Below, piece after piece: positions 1-6,068 of a stretch of DNA of 11,858 nucleotides. The DNA lies in assembly GCA_038046345.1 (NCBI GenBank), contig JBBSWJ010000034.1, positions 1 to 11,858 of the forward strand, read 5' to 3'. The DNA comes from Nanobdellota archaeon. GTDB lineage: Archaea > Nanobdellota > Nanobdellia > SCGC-AAA011-G17 > JACPNG01. A program made the position numbers and the translations under genes. Numbering within the stretch: position 1 is the stretch's first letter; every line of letters starts with the position of its first letter. The notes beneath the pieces were generated by a model. It saw only the letters and a program-made list of their open reading frames with translations. It was not told where the DNA came from and did no database searches.

Positions 1-208
1 TACAAAACTTAATGGGAGAACTCAATCTCGCATAACACATGCGATTAATAGAAATAGAAAAATCATGAGCTGTAAAGTAAACGTCATATGTTTGGTGAGA
101 ATGTCTCCAGAGTTTTATCTCTTCAATCAGTTTTTCGATTATTCTATACGCTTCTTCTTAGGAGTATTCGGCCTTTTTTAGATGGTGGCAGTTTTCCTTT
201 CGTAACAT
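1..208 (-). pseudogene. Partial ORF running off the window edge, with an in-frame TAA at 158-160
   Basis: ATG at 208 reads MLRKENCHHLKKAEYS*EEAYRIIEKLIEEIKLWRHSHQTYDVYFTAHDFSISINRMCYARLSSPIKFC and stays open to base 1. A minus-strand TATAAAAA at 240-233 is suitably spaced. No family recognised. Confidence 0.35.
182..197 (+). repeat. Left arm of 16-bp inverted repeat (ATGGTGGCAGTTTTCC)
   Basis: 15/16 match to the reverse complement of 1336-1351. Confidence 0.85.
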
Positions 209-215
209 TTATATA
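208..215 (+). promoter_or_regulatory. Archaeal TATA box for the lipoprotein gene
   Basis: TTTATATA starts 32 nt before ATG 240. Confidence 0.6.
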
Positions 216-239
216 AGACTCATGTCTATCAATTTTTAT

Positions 240-1331
240 ATGAAAAAATTGTTTATTCTTTTTTGTGCAATTATTTTAGTAATTTTTATTAGTGGATGTA
301 CTAAATTGGTTGAAGAAAAACCTATAGAGCTAATCCCTACTACTGTAAAGGAACCAATTGTTTCAGAAGCAGACCAAAATATAATTGCAAGTTTAAAGAG
401 CGGATTAAATTCAATTGTAAACGATTATGAAGCGTCCTATAATAAAGTACATGAGGTTCATTCTTCGGCTGCATATTCTGCTGGAGCTACAGATTATACT
501 GAAAAATCAATAATTTCCATTAAAGTTAGTTATGGACAAGTAATCGATTATTCTATCAGACATACAAAAGATGGTTGGCCTTTTGAACAAGAAGATTATT
601 ATCAAGTATACGATTTTTCTAAGAAAGAATTATGTCAACAGGATGTAGTTGGAAGTTCAAGTTGTGCTTATTCTGAGACACCAATAGCACCGAAAATGAG
701 TGGCTCTGTCACAGGATGCAAAGTTAAATCTTATGGCGGAAAGCATGTGTGTTTATGTAATGGCGAAGAAAAATCTATAAGTATAAACGAAAATATCCAA
801 CCAGAACTGCCATGCTCAGACTCAATTCAAACAAGTGGGCTTGAATTATGGGATGAATTTAACATTATATATTATCCCTCAACAGACCAAAGCTTGTGTT
901 ATTTTGTTACTAAATCTGAAGATCCTCGTTATGCTTTTGAATGTCAAAATAAAAATATTAAGTTATTAATGTCTCAGATTGAAACAGACGAGGAATTAAA
1001 AAACACAGTCTGTAGATATAGTAAATATAATTACCTTTGTTCATGTTCATTCGACAATATAAAAATCCAGGCAGTTTGTGAAAAAGAAACACCATTGAAC
1101 TTTGATTCTGAAACAAAATCAAATATTTTGAGTTATTTGGAAAATATTGAAATAACTTCAATATCAGAAGAAGATAATCAATATGGACATTGTTATACTT
1201 TCTCCCATGATGAATTAGAACACACTTTCTGTTTTAATGAAAAAGACATTATAACCTTTGCACAATGGGGAGGAGATATAAGCAATGAAAGAGGTACAAG
1301 CGTTAATATAAATAAAATCGAAATGATTTAG
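240..1331 (+). CDS. Cys-rich secreted lipoprotein of unknown function (363 aa from ATG 240)
   Basis: MKK + hydrophobic stretch + ISG|C lipobox-like site, with 14 further Cys in the ectodomain. ATG 240 preferred over 222 from signal-peptide architecture and TATA spacing. Confidence 0.8.
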   Translation: MKKLFILFCAIILVIFISGCTKLVEEKPIELIPTTVKEPIVSEADQNIIASLKSGLNSIVNDYEASYNKVHEVHSSAAYSAGATDYTEKSIISIKVSYGQVIDYSIRHTKDGWPFEQEDYYQVYDFSKKELCQQDVVGSSSCAYSETPIAPKMSGSVTGCKVKSYGGKHVCLCNGEEKSISINENIQPELPCSDSIQTSGLELWDEFNIIYYPSTDQSLCYFVTKSEDPRYAFECQNKNIKLLMSQIETDEELKNTVCRYSKYNYLCSCSFDNIKIQAVCEKETPLNFDSETKSNILSYLENIEITSISEEDNQYGHCYTFSHDELEHTFCFNEKDIITFAQWGGDISNERGTSVNINKIEMI

Positions 1332-1335
1332 GTAC

Positions 1336-1351
1336 GGAAAACTGCCCCCAT
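1336..1351 (+). repeat. Right arm of 16-bp inverted repeat (GGAAAACTGCCCCCAT)
   Basis: Begins 4 nt after the lipoprotein TAG; reverse complement ATGGGGGCAGTTTTCC versus left arm ATGGTGGCAGTTTTCC. Confidence 0.85.
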
Positions 1352-1368
1352 TATTCTTTGTTTTTATT

Positions 1369-1443
1369 GGACTTCGTCCTTGATTAACGGCTGACTCAAA
1401 AACTTTGGATTTTTCTGCTTCGCCGAACGTTGCACTAAAAATC
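1369..1443. repeat. Hairpin-rich intergenic element (GAA/TTC tri-loop mini-hairpins)
   Basis: GGAC-TTC-GTCC at 1369-1379, GC-TTC-GC at 1417-1423, outer stem GATTTTT (1408-1414)/AAAAATC (1437-1443). Confidence 0.45.
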
Positions 1444-1496
1444 AACCACTCCACGTAAAATATATCTCCGAGCAGATTACTTATAGGCCACATAAT

Positions 1497-1949
1497 CTAA
1501 AACTTTGCTTCGTTTATCTGGTTATCGCAAGAAACAAAAACAGCATTGGTTACTTGAACCCAAGGTATTATAGTTACAACACCAACACTGCTAATATCCT
1601 TTTCAAAATTAACTTCGTACTTAAATACATCACTTGGATTTAACGCCTGGAATAAATCAACGGGGGACAAATCAGATACACGGAAAGTAAACTTCCCGAT
1701 TGTTTCTCCACCATTATTCTCAATCTGTAAGAATAAATTTTCAGATATAGCATCAGCGCTTAAAACAGAAAAACTAACTTTGTTACATTGAGTCTCAACT
1801 TTTGAAATATCAAGCTGCTTCTGAATCCGCTGCTCAATGTAATTTCGGCCCCACAAAAATGCAAGTAATAACAAAATAACAACTAACCCTACAAGGATTA
1901 CAGTAGCAACTATATTATCAATCCCCTTTTTATTAAGCCTGTTTAACAC
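1497..1949 (-). CDS. Archaeal type IV pilin-like protein (class III signal peptide), 150 aa from GTG 1949
   Basis: NKKG|IDNIVATVILVGLVVILLLLAFLW. GTG 1949 lies 29 nt from ATATAAAT (1978-1971). The track start at 2000 gives an implausibly long leader. Confidence 0.8.
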   Translation of the reverse strand: MLNRLNKKGIDNIVATVILVGLVVILLLLAFLWGRNYIEQRIQKQLDISKVETQCNKVSFSVLSADAISENLFLQIENNGGETIGKFTFRVSDLSPVDLFQALNPSDVFKYEVNFEKDISSVGVVTIIPWVQVTNAVFVSCDNQINEAKF

Positions 1950-1980
1950 TATAAGTTCAATAACTTTTGTATTTATATGT

Positions 1981-2418
1981 TTATTGACATGACACTTCAA
2001 CTGCTTGTGTTACACATAAATGTTCACTATCATCACTGAGCTTAACTACAGGTATCACTTCTATTAGCTCTCCGTAATCATCTAAATCATGAACTAATGA
2101 ACTATCTTCTTTAGGTTTTAGCTTAACATCCATTTCTTTAACGTCACCATTACCACTAACCAATCTTATAATTATTTTATCTACAACAAAGGTACCAACA
2201 TTAGTAACTTTAAGCACACAATCATCTAACACTTTAACATTGATATAAGCACCATCACAAACACGCTGAGAATCAGCAGCATTTACAGCTCTGCTACCTT
2301 CATCTTTTACAAATTGCTTTTGAAATGTGAAAACAGTCAACGAAATAACAACAGCTAATCCGATCAAAATAATATAAACAAGAATTTCACCAATCCCCTT
2401 TTTACTTTTAATCTTCAT
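1981..2418 (-). CDS. Archaeal type IV pilin-like protein (class III signal peptide), 145 aa from ATG 2418
   Basis: MKIKSKKG|IGEILVYIILIGLAVVISLTVF. SD-like GAGGGGG ends 9 nt before ATG 2418. Four Cys in the globular domain. Confidence 0.8.
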   Translation of the reverse strand: MKIKSKKGIGEILVYIILIGLAVVISLTVFTFQKQFVKDEGSRAVNAADSQRVCDGAYINVKVLDDCVLKVTNVGTFVVDKIIIRLVSGNGDVKEMDVKLKPKEDSSLVHDLDDYGELIEVIPVVKLSDDSEHLCVTQAVEVSCQ

Positions 2419-3088
2419 CTTGATCATCCCCCTCAATAATAGCTTCTTCAGGAATAAATCCTTCTCCGCCTATAAATACTTGACGTTGCTCGCCTTCGGT
2501 TTGACCGGACACTATCATTATCTGCGGTTTTCCTGGAGTAACCTTAAAAGGATAACATGTATCTCTACTGCTGCTATCAGTATTAATAATACAAATAATA
2601 ACTTTCTCCGGGATATAGCTATAACTTTCAAAACAATCCTCAAAACCACTTAAAGAGTTATAACCTCCTTGGAAGCTAAGCCCACCAAAGGTAATCTCAG
2701 AATTTATACCACCATAACATCCGGCCACCTCAGTAATAAACCCACCATCCGTGTTATATAACTCAATCTTATGTGATAATAAATTACCAATAAGCAGCTC
2801 ATTATCCAAAGCAAAAATAAAAAACAACTCATAAGTTGGATTCTGAGATCTTGAATACGTAGAAAAATCAAGAGTAAAATAAGCAAATGAATCTAATAAA
2901 ACCGGGTTATCCAACTCAAACAGCTTATTTAAAAACCGAGAAGCTTCAAGATTATAATTCTCACTTAACCTTTTAAAGTCCTTATCCAAAGCGCTCTGCT
3001 CTGCCTTGTTGCTAACAACAACCAATGCAAAGATCATCACAGAAATAATTACAGCACCGATAATATACACTTGCCCTTTTTTGTTCAT
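2408..3088 (-). CDS. Class III signal peptide (KKG|Q) membrane-anchored protein, putative minor pilin/adhesin
   Basis: MNKKG|QVYIIGAVIISVMIFALVVV, four Cys in the C-terminal half. AGGTGA SD at 3100-3095; ATGA overlap with the adk stop. Confidence 0.7.
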   Translation of the reverse strand: MNKKGQVYIIGAVIISVMIFALVVVSNKAEQSALDKDFKRLSENYNLEASRFLNKLFELDNPVLLDSFAYFTLDFSTYSRSQNPTYELFFIFALDNELLIGNLLSHKIELYNTDGGFITEVAGCYGGINSEITFGGLSFQGGYNSLSGFEDCFESYSYIPEKVIICIINTDSSSRDTCYPFKVTPGKPQIMIVSGQTEGEQRQVFIGGEGFIPEEAIIEGDDQDED

Positions 3089-3735
3089 AGTTCATCACCT
3101 AATGCATTATTTAATACTTTTTTAATTTCAGAAAAAACAGTTCTTACTGGTTTACTTGCATCAATAATATGAGCAATACCTTTCTTCTTATAGTATTCAA
3201 CAACAGGTAAAGTATCATGCTTATAGATTTCTAAACGCTTCTTAATCGAAGCAGGATTATCATCATCACGTTTATACAGCTTAGATCTACAAACATCACA
3301 TAGATTATCTTTTTTAGGTTTTGAAGTAAGCAAATTATAATCCGCCCCACACTTGCAGAGCCTACGATCGTTCAAACGCTTAATCACAATACTATTTGAA
3401 ATTGACAAAATAAAAACAAAACTAACTTTTAATATTTTATCAAGATCCTTCGCTTCATTTAGTAAACGCGGAAACCCGTCAAAAACAAATCCAGTTGTTC
3501 TTCCTTTTATTGATCTTTTAACAAACAAAAGAGCAACAGATGAAGGCAGAAGCTTACCGCTATTAATTGCGTTCTTTATTTTTTTGCCTAAATCAGAATT
3601 ACTATTAATCTCACTGCGGATCACATCACCAATAGTAACTCTCTTTAACTTTAAGTAATTACCAATAAGCTCAGCCTGAGTACCCTTACCAGAACCAGCT
3701 GGTCCAATAAGAACAATATTCACACCACTTTTCAT
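3085..3735 (-). CDS. adk: Adenylate kinase, long form with Cys-containing LID
   Basis: P-loop GPAGSGKGTQA, DGFPR, LID RRLCKCG...CDVC, RDDD. Confidence 0.95.
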   Translation of the reverse strand: MKSGVNIVLIGPAGSGKGTQAELIGNYLKLKRVTIGDVIRSEINSNSDLGKKIKNAINSGKLLPSSVALLFVKRSIKGRTTGFVFDGFPRLLNEAKDLDKILKVSFVFILSISNSIVIKRLNDRRLCKCGADYNLLTSKPKKDNLCDVCRSKLYKRDDDNPASIKKRLEIYKHDTLPVVEYYKKKGIAHIIDASKPVRTVFSEIKKVLNNALGDEL

Positions 3736-3759
3736 TTAAGTCTTAAATATAATTAATAC

Positions 3760-3767
3760 TTAATAAA
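3760..3767 (-). promoter_or_regulatory. TATA box for adk
   Basis: TTTATTAA starts 32 nt before ATG 3735. Confidence 0.5.
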
Positions 3768-3768
3768 A

Positions 3769-4248
3769 CTAACCAAAATAATGACCTGACTCTTCTGTTT
3801 CTGTTATATTCCAACCATCTCTTAGTTTGGTAAAAATCGGTAATAAATCCTCTATTTCCTTATCCCAAAATTTTGCAACTTCTTTAATAAACTCTGCATC
3901 TTTCTCCGGAGATGTTTTTATATCAAGAACAGAAGACTTACGGAAATAAAACATTAAACTTCTAATCAATCTGACTATGCTCTCCTTTTCTGCGTCTGAA
4001 AAAAACTTAGTTTCGTTTAAAGCAATAAACGAATTACCATCCGGTGATACAATACCCTGCAGCATGCCTAATATATAGGATAACCTATCTTGCATTCGCC
4101 TACGAATAACTAAGACAACGCCACCTTTAGGTATAAACTCTAAGTTTGTAAAATGAACATCAAACTGGCTTATTAACTGCTTAAAGTCTGGAAGTTTGTA
4201 TTTTAATCTAGCAGTTTCATACTCTCTTTTAAATTCAGTATATTTCAT
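3769..4248 (-). CDS. Hypothetical protein (159 aa, helical, C-terminal YFG)
   Basis: Intact ORF with TTTAAAAA 29 nt upstream. It resembles hypothetical proteins I recall from Woese/Pacearchaeota; not verified by search. Confidence 0.75.
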   Translation of the reverse strand: MKYTEFKREYETARLKYKLPDFKQLISQFDVHFTNLEFIPKGGVVLVIRRRMQDRLSYILGMLQGIVSPDGNSFIALNETKFFSDAEKESIVRLIRSLMFYFRKSSVLDIKTSPEKDAEFIKEVAKFWDKEIEDLLPIFTKLRDGWNITETEESGHYFG

Positions 4249-4325
4249 AAGAGCTTTGGATATTTATTATTTTTAAATATTTCTATGCTACTGCATTGGT
4301 GCAAAAATAAAATTGTAGATGTTAT

Positions 4326-4441
4326 CCTCATAAAGATTAAATAAGACATCTGTTCGATTGCTTGAGCAGATTACTGATTCCACCACTCCAAAACTTATTC
4401 CAAAGCAGGTTTATTTTTGATTTTAGTTCTGAATTTAGCAT
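4326..4441 (-). pseudogene. hsdM: Type I restriction-modification methyltransferase (HsdM N-terminal domain) relic, frameshifted and truncated
   Basis: ATG 4441 reads MLNSELKSKINLLWNKFWSGGISN; restoring one base near 4369-4363 gives (P)xQAIEQMSYLIFMR, the typical HsdM_N start. Similarity ends at about 4326. Confidence 0.85.
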
Positions 4442-4797
4442 TTTAGTTCCTCGTTTTTAATAATCTTTTCAGACTTAGTTATATTTATTTTTTTATTCGA
4501 ATCATCATCTGTAAAATATGAAATATCATTATTAAAATTACATTCAATATATTGCTTTTTTTCTTTCAAAAAGAAAATAATTTGTTCAAAAAATTCTGGA
4601 AGACATTCTATTCTATACCCTTCTCCAAGATATTCTCCCTCTTTTATTTTCTTTCCCTTTAGTTTTTCTGCAAATCTCTTTGCTTCCGATAAATCATTTT
4701 CAAACTGTCCTCTTTCTGCATCCTTAGCTAATAAAATCTCCCCATGCTCACCTTCATACCAATTATATTCTATTTTGAAAATTTTGAGTTTTGCCAT
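4435..4797 (-). CDS. Hypothetical protein (120 aa from ATG 4797)
   Basis: ATG lies 1 nt after the HEPN stop (TAA-A-ATG) and the stop overlaps the hsdM ATG. No family recognised. Confidence 0.7.
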   Translation of the reverse strand: MAKLKIFKIEYNWYEGEHGEILLAKDAERGQFENDLSEAKRFAEKLKGKKIKEGEYLGEGYRIECLPEFFEQIIFFLKEKKQYIECNFNNDISYFTDDDSNKKINITKSEKIIKNEELKC

Positions 4798-4798
4798 T

Positions 4799-5350
4799 TT
4801 ATTCTTCAATTAATATTTCCTTTATTTTATTTACAAAGTCAACAGTTTCTTTTTGAAACATTCTTGCAATTGAGATATTGAATAATTCATCAACCTCGTA
4901 GCAGGCTCTCTCCCTCATTTCTTTTGATTCTATCACAAAATCTATTTCATTCTTGCTTATATTTGCCCTTTCTATCAAAAAGTCAATGTCTTCTTTTTTG
5001 AGCATATTACTCTTGTGATAATAGAATATGGTTATTGCTGTTAAAGTAGCAAGATGACTGTTCGATTTATAGCCTAACTTTGCAAGCAAAGCAAGAGCGG
5101 TGTGATATATTGAATAATAATAGATAGTTACGCACCAATCATAAAACGTTCTTTTCGGAAGCTTTTCCTTTATTGAGAAGTTATGCTCTTCCAATAGGAA
5201 ATTGGCTAATTCTAGGTTAGATACTGCCTTATTCAGATATTTTTTATATTCAGGATGCGTTTTTCTTAATGCGTTTGTTTTTAGATAATGTTCAAATAAA
5301 TCCTCGCAGTATTTTTTGTCCAATGCTATATTGTGAGGAAGGAATTTCAT
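4799..5350 (-). CDS. HEPN domain protein (UPF0332/COG1895-like), putative toxin
   Basis: YYYSIYHTALALL...SH and RERACY motifs; directly follows an MNT gene. ATG 5350 has a GGAGG SD and an ATGA overlap. Confidence 0.8.
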   Translation of the reverse strand: MKFLPHNIALDKKYCEDLFEHYLKTNALRKTHPEYKKYLNKAVSNLELANFLLEEHNFSIKEKLPKRTFYDWCVTIYYYSIYHTALALLAKLGYKSNSHLATLTAITIFYYHKSNMLKKEDIDFLIERANISKNEIDFVIESKEMRERACYEVDELFNISIARMFQKETVDFVNKIKEILIEE

Positions 5351-5940
5351 TCTATAAACCTCCATAAAAGCAAATAATACTGCTCTATCCCCAGTATTAT
5401 TATAACATCATTTCGTATTTCATTTGAGAATTCATGCTCTTTATTTAAAAAATTCTTTTCAAATTCCCTATAATTCACATAAACGGGGTTTATTTTTGTG
5501 TTTGTCCTCATACTAATTCTTTTTGCAGTATTTTCAATATTTATTTGTTTAGTTACATTTTGGAAAACAAGGAGTATATCAATATCTGATTCTTTTGTAT
5601 AATTGCCTTTTGCATATGAGCCAAAAATAAGAGCTATTAGTGGTTTTTCTTCAAGCTCTTTTAAAAAATCATTTATGGCATTTGATATCTTTTTAGGAAG
5701 TGAAAGAAGCTTCTCAGTGTGTGTCTGCTTTATATATGCGATTGTTAAAGAATGGTTTTTCAGTTTTATTTTTACGAGATTTGCGTCTTTCTCTTTTTTA
5801 ATTATGCTTTGCTTTTCAAGGAGATTTATGTTTCTGACGGTGTTATTGTAGCTGGTTTTCACTATTCTTGCCAATTCTCTTAAGTGGATTCCTTTTTTGT
5901 TTTTGTCTAGGGCATCTATTATTCTTAGTTTTGTTTCCAT
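5347..5940 (-). CDS. Winged-HTH + minimal nucleotidyltransferase (MNT), putative antitoxin/autorepressor
   Basis: N-terminal HTH (LRELARIVKTSYNNTVRNINLLEK) and exact GS-x10-DxD (GSYAKGNYTKESDID, 5622-5578). Confidence 0.88.
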   Translation of the reverse strand: METKLRIIDALDKNKKGIHLRELARIVKTSYNNTVRNINLLEKQSIIKKEKDANLVKIKLKNHSLTIAYIKQTHTEKLLSLPKKISNAINDFLKELEEKPLIALIFGSYAKGNYTKESDIDILLVFQNVTKQINIENTAKRISMRTNTKINPVYVNYREFEKNFLNKEHEFSNEIRNDVIIILGIEQYYLLLWRFIE

Positions 5941-5944
5941 TTTG

Positions 5945-5971
5945 GTATCAACTGATACTATAATAGTATCA
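5945..5971. promoter_or_regulatory. Palindromic operator-like site in the MNT-HEPN promoter
   Basis: Perfect TGATACTA-TAA-TAGTATCA (5953-5971) plus an overlapping GTATCA-AC-TGATAC (5945-5958), lying between the TATA box and ATG 5940. Confidence 0.7.
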
Positions 5972-5979
5972 TTTATATA
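5972..5979 (-). promoter_or_regulatory. TATA box for the MNT-HEPN operon
   Basis: TATATAAA on the minus strand, directly next to the palindrome. Confidence 0.65.
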
Positions 5980-6068
5980 TTTTGTGTTTCTTTATTTTAT
6001 TAACTCCCGCTCACTTAACAATACAAATTACTAAAAACATTAATAAACCTGAAAAAATTTGATTCAAC

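Noticed and set aside
158-160. Stop-codon reassignment as an explanation for the in-frame TAA
   Set aside because: TAA, TAG and TGA all end well-supported genes here (e.g. HEPN TAA, rpoN TAG, adk TGA).
1445-4390. GAGCAGATTACT (1470-1481 and 4364-4375) and ACCACTCCA (1445-1453 and 4382-4390) shared between the intergenic element and the hsdM relic
   Set aside because: The two motifs occur in opposite order and do not extend; short matches are expected by chance in 12 kb.
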